Assembly: GCA_043228905.1 (NCBI GenBank)
Contig: JBHGNT010000684.1
Location: 1-17,728 of the forward strand
Reading direction: 5' to 3'
DNA from: Azolla caroliniana
Taxonomy: Eukaryota; Plantae; Polypodiophyta
DNA length: 17,728 bases
In this document: piece after piece, positions 1-12,224 of the stretch
How the letters are laid out: each line of letters opens with the position of its first letter
Position numbering within the stretch: position 1 is the stretch's first letter
Program-made: the position numbers and the translations under genes
The notes under the pieces: model-generated
The model's input: the letters and a program-made list of their open reading frames with translations, nothing else
What the model was told of the DNA's origin: nothing
The model's database searches: none

Positions 1-714
1 AATCCAATATCACACGAGCCAGGTATGAACATTTTAATTTACTAACGCGCTATTCTCCAATACCTCGTAAAATTTGCTAATTTCTTCATTTCTCTAGACC
101 TGTATTTTAAAATTATAATTTTTCAATTCCATATCATAACTAGCGTTCTTAGCTTCGATTCGCATGTTTGAACACAAAAATCCAATATCACACGAGCCAG
201 GTATGAACATTTTAATTTACTGACGCGCTCTTCTCCACTCCTTCCTCAAATTTGCTAATTTCTTCATGTCTTTGGACCTGAGTTTCATATTCTTGATTTT
301 CTAATTCCATATCATAGCTACTATTGTTAGCTTCGATTCGCATGTTTGAACACAAAAATCTGATATCACACGAGCCAGGTATGAACATTTTAACTTACTC
401 ACGGGGTCTTCTCCACTACCTCCTCAAATTTGCTAATTTCTTCATGTCTCTCGACCTGTATTTCAAAATCTTGATTTTTTAATTTCATATCATTGCTAGC
501 GTTGTTAGCTTCGATTCGCATGTTTGAACACAAAAATCCGATATCACACGAGCCAGGTATGAACAATTTCATTTACCCACTAGCTCTTCTCAACTCCTTC
601 CTCAAATTTGCTAATTTCTTGATGTCTCTCAACCTGAGTTTCAAAATCTTGATTTTTTAATTCTATATCATAGATAGCGTTGTTAGCTTCGATTCGCATG
701 TTTGAACACAGAAA
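1..714. repeat. Divergent satellite monomers (edge of an older layer)
   Basis: The monomers at 3 and 181 carry TACTAACGCGC / TACTGACGCGC, AAATTATAATTTTTCAATT and ATAACTAGCGTTCTT variants. These are absent from the homogeneous domains but recur at 12403-13114. Confidence 0.8.
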
Positions 715-2316
715 TCCGATATCACACGAGCCAGATATGAACATTTTAATTTACTCACGGGGTCTTCTCAACTCCTTCCTCAAATTTGCTAATTTTTTCA
801 TGTCTCTCGACCTGAGTTTAAAAATATTGATTTTTTAATTCCATATCATAGCTAGCGTGGTTAGCTTCGATTCGCATGTTTGAACACAGAAATCCGATAT
901 CACACGAGCGAGATATGAACATTTTAATTTACTCACGGGGTCTTCTCAACTCCTTCCTCAAATTTGCTAATTTTTTCATGTCTCTCGACCTGAGTTTCAA
1001 AATATTGATTTTTTAATTCCATATCATAGCTAGCGTGGTTAGCTTCGATTCGCATGTTTGAACACAGAAATCCGATATCACACGAGCCAGATATGAACAT
1101 TTTAATTTACTCACGGGGTCTTCTCAACTCCTTCCTCAAATTTGATAATTTTTTCATGTCTCTCGACCTGAGTTTCAAAATATTGATTTTTTAATTCCAT
1201 ATCATAGCTAGCGTTGTTAGCTTCGATTCGCATGTTTGAACACAAATATCCGATATTACACGAGCCAGGTATGAACATTTTAATTTACCTCCTAGCTCTT
1301 CTCAACAAACTCCTCAAATTTGGTAATTTCGTCATGTCTCTCGACCTGAGTTTTAAAATCTTGATTTTTTAATTTCATATCATAGCTAGCGTTGTTAGCT
1401 TCGATTCGCATGTTTGAACACAAAAATCCGATATCACACAAGCCAGGTATGAACATTTTAATTTACGCAAGGGCTCCTCTCAACTCCCTCCTCATGTTTG
1501 CTAATTTCGTCATGTCTCTCGACCTGAGTTTCAAAATCTTGATTTTTTAATTCTATATCATAGCTAGCGTGGTTAGTTTCGATTCGCATATTTGAACACA
1601 AAAATCCGATATCACACGAGACAGGTATCAACATTTTAATTTACTCACGGGGTATTCTCAACTCCCTCCTCAAATTTGCTAATTTCTTCATGTCCCTCGA
1701 CCTGTGTTTCAAAATATTGATTTTTTAATTCCATATCATAGCTAGCGTTGTTAGCTTCGATTCGCATGTTTGAACACAGAAATCCGATATCACACGAGCC
1801 AGATATGAACATATTAATTTACTCACGGGGTCTTCTCAACTCCTTCTTCAAATTTGCTAATTTTTTCATGTCTCTCGACCTGAGTTTTAAAATCTTGATT
1901 TTTTAATTTCATATCATAGCTAGCGTTGTTAGCTTCGATTCGCATGTTTGAACACAAAAATCTGATATCACACAAGCCAGGTATGAACATTTTAATTTAC
2001 TCAAGGGCTCCTCTCAACTCCCTCCTCATGTTTGCTAATTTCGTCATGTCTCTCGACCTGAGTTTCAAAATCTTGATTTTTTAATTCTATATCATAGCTA
2101 GCGTTGTTAGCTTCGATTCGCATGTTTGAACACAAAAATCCGATATCACACGAGCCAGGTATGAACATTTTAATTTACCTCCTAGCTCTTCTCAACTCCT
2201 TCCTCAAATTTGATAATTTCTTCAAGTGTCTCGACCTGAGTTTCAAAATCTTGATTTTTTAATTCCATATCATAGCTAGTGTTGTTAGCTTCCATTCGCA
2301 TGTTTGAACACAAAAA

Positions 2317-3954
2317 TCCAATATCACACGAGCTAGGTATGAACATTTTAATTTACTCACGGGGTATTCTCAACTCCCTCCTCAAATTTGCTAATTTCTT
2401 TATGTCCCTCGACCTGTGTTTCAAAATCTTGATTTTTTAATTCCATGTCATAGCTAGCGTTGTTAGCTTCGATTCGCATGTTTGAACACAGAAATCCGAT
2501 ATCACACGAGCGAGATATGAACATTTTAATTTACTCACGGGGTCTTCTCAACTCCTTCCTCAAATTTGCTAATTTTTTCATGTCTCTCGACCTGAGTTTC
2601 AAAATATTGATTTTTTAATTCCATATCATAGCTAGCGTTGTTAGCTTCGATTCGCATGTTTGAACACAGAAATCCGATATCACACGAGCCAGATATGAAC
2701 ATTTTAATTTACTCACGGGGTCTTCTCAACTCCTTCCTCAAATTTGCTAATTTTTTCATGTCTCTCGACCTGAGTTTCAAAATATTGATTTTTTAATTCC
2801 ATATCATAGCTAGCGTTGTTAGCTTCGATTCGCATGTTTGAACACAGAAATCCGATATCTCACGAGCCAGATATGAACATTTTATTTACTCACGGGGTCT
2901 TCTCAACTCCTTCCTCAAATTTGCTAATTTTTTCATGTCTCTCGACCTGAGTTTCAAAATATTGATTTTTTAATTCCATATCATAGCTAGCGTTGTTAGC
3001 TTCGATTCACATGTTTGAACACAAATATCCGCTAATTTCTTCATGTCTGTTGACCTAAGTTTCAAAATCTTGATTTTTTAATTCCATATCATAGCTAGTG
3101 TTGTTAGCTTCCATTCGCATGTTTGAACACAAAAATCCAATATCACACGAGCCAGGTATGAACATTTTAATTTACTCACGGGGTATTCTCAACTCCCTCC
3201 TCAAATTTGCTAATTTCTTTATGTCCCTCGACCTGTGTTTCAAAATCTTGATTTTTTAATTCCATGTCATAGCTAGCGTTGTTAGCTTCGATTCGCATGT
3301 TTGAACACAGAAATCCGATATCACACGAGCCAGATATGAACATTTTAATTTACTCACGGGGTCTTCTCAACTCCTTCCTCAAATTTGCTAATTTTTTCAT
3401 GTCTCTCGACCTGAGTTTCAAAATATTGATTTTTTAATTCCATATCATAGCTAGCGTTGTTAGCTTCGATTCGCATGTTTGAACACAGAAATCCGATATC
3501 ACACGAGCCAGATATGAACATTTTAATTTACTCACGGGGTCTTCTCAACTCCTTCCTCAAATTTGCTAATTTTTTCATGTCTCTCGACCTGAGTTTCAAA
3601 ATATTGATTTTTTAATTCCATATCATAGCTAGCGTTGTTAGCTTCGATTCGCATGTTTGAACACAGAAATCCGATATCTCACGAGCCAGATATGAACATT
3701 TTATTTACTCACGGGGTCTTCTCAACTCCTTCCTCAAATTTGCTAATTTTTTCATGTCTCTCGACCTGAGTTTCAAAATATTGATTTTTTAATTCCATAT
3801 CATAGCTAGCGTTGTTAGCTTCGATTCACATGTTTGAACACAAATATCCGCTAATTTCTTCATGTCTGTTGACCTAAGTTTCAAAATCTTGATTTTTTAA
3901 TTCCATATCATAGCTAGTGTTGTTAGCTTCCATTCGCATGTTTGAACACAAAAA
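2317..3954. repeat. Near-perfect tandem duplication of an 819-bp five-monomer HOR (B-A-A-A177-S) x2
   Basis: Units are 2317-3135 and 3136-3954. Both contain the private 177-bp monomer with GATATCTCACG and a 1-bp deletion (CATTTTATTTAC) at 2851 and 3670. Confidence 0.92.
3028..3135. repeat. 108-bp truncated monomer S (net 70-bp deletion); first of 13 copies at 3028, 3847, 5735, 6555, 7553, 8195, 8837, 9657, 10655, 11475, 12117, 16547 and 17723 (last cut by window end)
   Basis: The junction CACAAATATCCG|CTAATTTCTTCATG is the same in every complete copy. It lacks ATATCACACG...CTCAAATTTG (70 bp), and the next monomer starts 108 bp later (3028 to 3136). Confidence 0.95.
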
Positions 3955-6900
3955 TCCAATATCACACGAGCCAGGTATGAACATTTTAATTTACTCACGG
4001 GGTATTCTCAACTCCCTCCTCAAATTTGCTAATTTCTTTATGTCCCTCGACCTGTGTTTCAAAATCTTGATTTTTTAATTCCATGTCATAGCTAGCGTTG
4101 TTAGCTTCGATTCGCATGTTTGAACACAGAAATCCGATATCACACGAGCCAGATATGAACATTTTAATTTACTCACGGGGTCTTCTCAACTCCTTCCTCA
4201 AATTTGCTAATTTTTTCATGTCTCTCGACCTGAGTTTCAAAATATTGATTTTTTAATTCCATATCATAGCTAGTGTTGTTAGCTTCGATTCGCTTGTTTG
4301 AACACAGAAATCCGATATCACAGGAGCCAGATATGAACATTTTAATTTACTCACGGGGTCTTCTCAACTCCTTCCTCAAATTTGATAATTTTTTCATGTC
4401 TCTCGACCTGAGTTTCAAAATATTGATTTTTTAATTCCATATCATAGCTAACGTTGTTAGCTTCGATTCGCATGTTTGAACACAAATATCCGATATTACA
4501 CGAGCCAGGTATGAACATTTTAATTTACCTCCTAGCTCTTCTCAACTAACTCCTCAAATTTGGTAATTTCGTCATGTCTCTCGACCTGAGTTTTAAAATC
4601 TTGATTTTTTAATTTCATATCATAGCTAGCGTTGTTAGCTTCGATTCGCATGTTTGAACACAAAAATCCGATATCACACAAGCCAGGTATGAACATTTTA
4701 ATTTACGCAAGGGCTCCCCTCAACTCCCTCCTCATGTTTGCTAATTTCGTCATGTCTCTCGACCTGAGTTTCAAAATCTTGATTTTTTAATTCTATATCA
4801 TAGGTAGCGTGGTTAGCTTCGATTCGCATATTTGAACACAAAAATCCGATATCACACGAGACAGGTATCAACATTTTAATTTACTCACGGGGTATTCTCA
4901 ACTCCCTCCTCAAATTTGCTAATTTCTTCATGTCCCTCGACCTGTGTTTCAAAATATTGATTTTTTAATTCCATATCATAGCTAGCGTTGTTAGCTTCGA
5001 TTCGCATGTTTGAACACAGAAATCCGATATCACACGAGCCAGGTATGAACATTTTAATTTACTCAAGGGCTTCTCTCAACTCACTCCTCAAATTTGGTAA
5101 TAACGTCATGTCTCGCGACCTGAGTTTCAAAATCTTGATTTTTTAATTCCATATCATAGCTAGCGTTGTTAGCTTCGATTCGCATGTTTGAACACAGAAA
5201 TCCAATATCACACGAGCCAGATATGAACATTTTAATTTACTCACGGGGTCTTCTCAACTCCTTCTTCAAATTTGCTAATTTTTTCATGTCTCTCGACCTG
5301 AGTTTCAAAATATTGATTTTTTAATTCCATATCATAGCTAGCGTTGTTAGCTTCGATTCGCATGTTTGAACACAGAAATCCGATATCACACGAGCGAGAT
5401 ATGAACATTTTAATTTACTCACGGGGTCTTCTCAACTCCTTCCTCAAATTTGCTAATTTTTTCATGTCTCTCGACCTGAGTTTCAAAATATTGATTTTTT
5501 AATTCCATATCATAGCTAGCGTTGTTAGCTTCGATTCGCATGTTTGAACACAGAAATCCGATATCACACGAGCCAGATATGAACATTTTAATTTACTCAC
5601 GGGGTCTTCTCAACTCCTTCCTCAAATTTGCTAATTTTTTCATGTCTCTCGACCTGAGTTTCAAAATATTGATTTCTTAATTCCATATCATAGCTAGCGT
5701 TGTTAGCTTCGATTCACATGTTTGAACACAAATATCCGCTAATTTCTTCATGTCTGTTGACCTAAGTTTCAAAATCTTGATTTTTTAATTCCATATCATA
5801 GCGAGTGTTGTTAGCTTCCATTCGCATGTTTGAACACAAAAATCCAATATCACACGAGCCAGGTATGAACATTTTAATTTACTCACGGGGTATTCTCAAC
5901 TCCCTCCTCAAATTTGCTAATTTCTTTATGTCCCTCGACCTGTGTTTCAAAATCTTGATTTTTTAATTCCATGTCATAGCTAGCGTTGTTAGCTTCGATT
6001 CGCATGTTTGAACACAGAAATCCGATATCACACGAGCCAGATATGAACATTTTAATTTACTCACGGGGTCTTCTCAACTCCTTCCTCAAATTTGCTAATT
6101 TTTTCATGTCTCTCGACCTGAGTTTCAAAATATTGATTTTTTAATTCCATATCATAGCTAGCGTTGTTAGCTTCGATTCGCATGTTTGAACACAGAAATC
6201 CGATATCACACGAGCCAGATATGAACATTTTAATTTACTCACGGGGTCTTCTCAACTCCTTCCTCAAATATGCTAATTTTTTCATGTCTCTCGACCTGAG
6301 TTTCAAAATATTGATTCTTTAATTCCATATCATAGCTAGCGTTGTTAGCTTCGATTCGCATGTTTGAACACAAATATCCGATATTACACGAGCCAGGTAT
6401 GAACATTTTAATTTACCTCCTAGCTCTTCTCAACTCACTCCTCAAATTTGGTAATTTCGTCATGTCTCTCGACCTGAGTTTTAAAATCTTGATTTTTTAA
6501 TTTCATATCATAGCTAGCGTTGTTAGCTTCGATTCGCATGTTTGAACACAAATATCCGCTAATTTCTTCATGTCTCTTGACCTAAGTTTCAAAATCTTGA
6601 TTTTTTAATTCCATATCATAGCTAGTGTTGTTAGCTTCCATTCGCATGTTTGAACACAAAAATCCAATATCACACGAGCCAGGTATGAACATTTTAATTT
6701 ACTCACGGGGTATTCTCAACTCCCTCCTCAAATTTGCTAATTTCTTTATGTCCCTCGACCTGTGTTTCAAAATCTTGATTTTTTAATTCCATGTCATAGC
6801 TAGCGTTGTTAGCTTCGATTCGCATGTTTGAACACAGAAATCCGATATCACACGAGCCAGGTATGAACATTTTAATTTACTCACGGGGTCTTCTCAACTC

Positions 6901-9900
6901 CTTCCTCAAATTTGCTAATTTTTTCATGTCTCTCGACCTGAGTTTCAAAATATTGATTTTTTAATTGCATATCATAGCTAGCGTTGTTAGCTTCGATTCG
7001 CATGTTTGAACACAAAAATCCGATATCACACAAGCCAGGTATGAACATTTTAATTTACTCAAGGGGTCCTCTCAACTCCCTCCTCATGTTTGCTAATTTC
7101 TTGATGTCTCTCGACCTGAGTTTCAAAATCTTGATTTTTTAATTCTATATCATAGCTAGCGTTGTTAGCTTCGATTCGCATGTTTGAACACAAAAATCCG
7201 ATATCACACGAGCCAGGTATGAACATGTTAATTTACTCATGGGGTCTTCTCAACTCCTTCCTCAAATTTGCTAATTTTTTCATGTCTCTCGACCTGAGTT
7301 TCAAAATATTGATTTTTTAATTCCATATCATAGCTAGCGTTGTTAGCTTCGATTCGCATGTTTGAACACAGAAATCCGATATCACACGAGCCAGATATGA
7401 ACATTTTAATTTACTCACGGGGTCTTCTCAACTCCTTCCTCAAATTTGCTAATTTTTTCATGTCTCTCGACCTGAGTTTCAAAATATTGATTTTTTAATT
7501 CCATATCATAGCTAGCGTTGTTAGCTTCGATTCACATGTTTGAACACAAATATCCGCTAATTTCTTCATGTCTGTTGACCTAAGTTTCAAAATCTTGATT
7601 TTTTAATTCCATATCATAGCTAGTGTTGTTAGCTTCCATTCGCATGTTTGAACACAAAAATCCGATATCACACGAGCCAGGTATGAACATTTTAATTTAC
7701 TCAAGGGCTCCTCTCAACTCCCTCCTCATGTTTGCTAATTTCGTCATGTCTCTCGACCTGAGTTTCAAAATCTTGATATTTTAATTCTATATCATAGCTA
7801 GCGTTGTTAGCTTCGATTCGCATGTTTGAACACAAAAATCCGATATCACACGAGCCAGGTATGAACATGTTAATTTACTCACGGGGTCTTCTCAACTCCT
7901 TCCTCAAATTTGCTAATTTTTTCATGTCTCTCGACCTGAGTTTCAAAATATTGATTTTTTAATTCCATATCATAGCTAGCGTTGTTAGCTTCGATTCGCA
8001 TGTTTGAACACAGAAATCCGATATCACACGAGCTAGATATGAACATTTTAATTTACTCACGGGGTCTTCTCAACTCCTTCCTCAAATTTGCTAATTTTTT
8101 CATGTCTCTCGACCTGAGTTTCAAAATATTGATTTTTTAATTCCATATCATAGCTAGCGTTGTTAGCTTCGATTCACATGTTTGAACACAAATATCCGCT
8201 AATTTCTTCATGTATGTTGACCTAAGTTTCAAAATCTTGATTTTTTAATTCCATATCATAGCTAGTGTTGTTAGCTTCCATTCGCATGTTTGAACACAAA
8301 AATCCAATATCACACGAGCTAGGTATGAACATTTTAATTTACTCACGGGGTATTCTCAACTCCCTCCTCAAATTTGCTAATTTCTTTATGTCCCTCGACC
8401 TGTGTTTCAAAATCTTGATTATTTAATTCCATGTCATAGCTATCGTTGTTAGCTTCGATTCGCATGTTTGAACACAGAAATCCGATATCACACGAGCGAG
8501 ATATGAACATGTTAATTTACTCACGGGGTCTTCTCAACTCCTTCCTCAAATTTGCTAATTTTTTCATGTCTCTCGACCTGAGTTTCAAAATATTGATTTT
8601 TTAATTCCATATCATAGCTAGCGTTGTTAGCTTCGATTCGCATGTTTGAACACAGAAATCCGATATCACACGAGCGAGATATGAACATTTTAATTTACTC
8701 ACGGGGTCTTCTCAACTCCTTCCTCAAATTTGCTAATTTTTTCATGTTTCTCGACCTGAGTTTCAAAATATTGATTTTTTAATTCCATATCATAGCTAGC
8801 GTTGTTAGCTTCGATTCACATGTTTGAACACAAATATCCGCTAATTTCTTCATGTATGTTGACCTAAGTTTCAAAATCTTGATTTTTTAATTCCATATCA
8901 TAGCTAGTGTTGTTAGCTTCCATTCGCATGTTTGAACACAAAAATCCAATATCACACGAGCCAGGTATGAACATTTTAATTTACTCACGGGGTATTCTCA
9001 ACTCCCTCCTCAAATTTGCTAATTTCTTTATGTCCCTCGACCTGTGTTTCAAAATCTTGATTTTTTAATTCCATGTCATAGCTAGCGTTGTTAGCTTCGA
9101 TTCGCATGTTTGAACACAGAAATCCGATATCACACGAGCCAGATATGAACATTTTAATTTACTCACGGGGTCTTCTCAACTCCTTCCTCAAATTTGCTAA
9201 TTTTTTCATGTCTCTCGACCTGAGTTTCAAAATATTGATTTTTTAATTCCATATCATAGCTAGCGTTGTTAGCTTCGATTCGCATGTTTGAACACAAAAA
9301 TCCGATATCACACGAGCCAGATATGAACATTTTAATTTACTCACGGGGTCTTCTCAACTCCTTCCTCAAATTTGCTAATTTTTTCATGTCTCTCGACCTG
9401 AGTTTCAAAATATTGATTCTTTAATTCCATATCATAGCTAGCGTTGTTAGCTTCGATTCGCATGTTTGAACACAAATATCCGATATTACACGAGCCAGGT
9501 ATGAACATTTTAATTTACCTCCTAGCTCTTCTCAACTCACTCCTCAAATTTGGTAATTTCGTCATGTCTCTCGACCTGAGTTTTAAAATCTTGATTTTTT
9601 AATTTCATATCATAGCTAGCGTTGTTAGCTTCGATTCGCATGTTTGAACACAAATATCCGCTAATTTCTTCATGTCTCTTGACCTAAGTTTCAAAATCTT
9701 GATTTTTTAATTCCATATCATAGCTAGTGTTGTTAGCTTCCATTCGCATGTTTGAACACAAAAATCCAATATCACACGAGCCAGGTATGAACATTTTAAT
9801 TTACTCACGGGGTATTCTCAACTCCCTCCTCAAATTTGCTAATTTCTTTATGTCCCTCGACCTGTGTTTCAAAATCTGGATTTTTTAATTCCATGTCATA

Positions 9901-12224
9901 GCTAGCGTTGTTAGCTTCGATTCGCATGTTTGAACACAGAAATCCGATATCACACGAGCCAGATATGAACATTTTAATTTACTCACGGGGTCTTCTCAAC
10001 TCCTTCCTCAAATTTGCTAATTTTTTCATGTCTCTCGACCTGAGTTTCAAAATATTGATTTTTTAATTCCATATCATAGCTAGCGTTGTTAGCTTCGATT
10101 CGCATGTTTGAACACAGAAATCCGATATCACACGAGCCAGATATGAACATTTTAATTTACTCACGGGGTCTTCTCAACTCCTTCCTCAAATTTGCTAATT
10201 TTTTCATGTCTCTCGACCTGAGTTTCAAAATATTGATTTTTTAATTCCATATCATAGCTAGCGTTGTTAGCTTCGATTCACATGTTTGAACACAAATATC
10301 CGATATCACACGAGCCAGATATGAACATTTTAATTTACTCACGGTGTCTTCTCAACTCCTTCCTCAAATTTGCTAATTTTTTCATGTCTCTCGACCTGAG
10401 TTTCAAAATATTGATTTTTTAATTCCATATCATAGCTAGCGTTGTTAGCTTCGATTTGCATGTTTGAACACAGAAATCCGATATCACACGAGCCAGATAT
10501 GAACATTTTAATTTACTCACGGGGTCTTCTCAACTCCTTCCTCAAATTTGCTAATTTTTTCATGTCTCTCGACCTGAGTTTCAAAATATTGATTTTTTAA
10601 TTCCATATCATAGCTAGCGTTGTTAGCTTCGATTCACATGTTTGAACACAAATATCCGCTAATTTCTTCATGTCTGTTGACCTAAGTTTCAAAATCTTGA
10701 TTTTTTAATTCCATATCATAGCTAGTGTTGTTAGCTTCCATTCGCATGTTTGAACACAAAAATCCGATATCACACGAGCCAGGTATGAACATTTTAATTT
10801 ACTCAAGGGCTCCTCTCAACTCCCTCCTCATGTTTGCTAATTTCGTCATGTATCTCGACCTGAGTTTCAAAATCTTGATTTTTTAATTCTATATCATAGC
10901 TAGCGTTGTTAGCTTCGATTCGCATGTTTGAACACAAAAATCCGATATCACACGAGCCAGGTATGAACATTTTAATTTACCTCCTAGCTCTTCTCAACTC
11001 CTTCCTCAAATTTGATAATTTCTTCAAGTGTCTCGACCTGAGTTTCAAAATCTTGATTTTTTAATTCCATATCATAGCTAGTGTTGTTAGCTTCCATTCG
11101 CATGTTTGAACACAGAAATCCGATATCACACGAGCCAGGTATGAACATGTTAATTTACTCACGGGGTCTTCTCAACTCCTTCCTCAAATTTGCTAATTTT
11201 TTCATGTCTCTCGACCTGAGTTTCAAAATATTGATTTTTTAATTCCATATCATAGCTAGCGTTGTTAGCTTCGATTCGCATGTTTGAACACAGAAATCCG
11301 ATATCACACGAGCCAGATATGAACATTTTAATTTACTCACGGGGTCTTCTCAACTCCTTCCTCAAATTTGCTAATTTTTTCATGTCTCTCGACCTGAGTT
11401 TCAAAATATTGATTTTTTAATTCCATATCATAGCTAGCGTTGTTAGCTTCGATTCACATGTTTGAACACAAATATCCGCTAATTTCTTCATGTATGTTGA
11501 CCTAAGTTTCAAAATCTTGATTTTTTAATTCCATATCATAGCTAGTGTTGTTAGCTTCCATTCGCATGTTTGAACACAAAAATCCAATATCACACGAGCT
11601 AGGTATGAACATTTTAATTTACTCACGGGGTATTCTCAACTCCCTCCTCAAATTTGCTAATTTCTTTATGTCCCTCGACCTGTGTTTCAAAATCTTGATT
11701 ATTTAATTCCATGTCATAGCTAGCGTTGTTAGCTTCGATTCGCATGTTTGGACACAGAAATCCGATATCACACGAGCGAGATATGAACATGTTAATTTAC
11801 TCACGGGGTCTTCTCAACTCCTTCCTCAAATTTGCTAATTTTTTCATGTCTCTCGACCTGAGTTTCAAAATATTGATTTTTTAATTCCATATCATAGCTA
11901 GCGTTGTTAGCTTCGATTTGCATGTTTGAACACAGAAATCCGATATCACACGAGCCAGATATGAACATTTTAATTTACTCACGGGGTCTTCTCAACTCCT
12001 TCCTCAAATTTGCTAATTTTTTCATGTCTCTCGACCTGAGTTTCAAAATATTGATTTTTTAATTCCATATCATAGCTAGCGTTGTTAGCTTCGATTCACA
12101 TGTTTGAACACAAATATCCGCTAATTTCTTCATGTCTGTTGACCTAAGTTTCAAAATCTTGATTTTTTAATTCCATATCATAGCTAGTGTTGTTAGCTTC
12201 CATTCGCATGTTTGAACACAAAAA

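Larger units (their letters stand above)
715..12224. repeat. Homogeneous satellite domain 1 with variable higher-order repeat (HOR) organisation
   Basis: Built from recurring subtypes: A (preceded by CACAGAAA; CCAGATATG, AATTTTTTCATG, AAATATTGA), B (TCCAAT, GGGGTATTC, TTTATGTCCCTC, CCATGTCATA), C (CAAGGGCTCC, CTCATGTTTG), D (AAATATCCGATATTAC, CCTCCTAGCTC, TTTGGTAA), E (CCTCCTAGCTC, TTCAAGTGTC) and S (108-bp deletion monomer). Confidence 0.9.

Noticed and set aside
6870-6966. Monomer as a dimer of 89-bp halves (TTTTAATT recurs exactly 89 bp apart)
   Set aside because: Outside this AT-only 8-mer, the two halves match at roughly background level when aligned without gaps.
6991-7007. CENP-B box-like motif (CTTCGATTCGCATGTTT)
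   Set aside because: It matches only the TTCG part of NTTCGNNNNANNCGGGN. The A and CGGG positions are missing.
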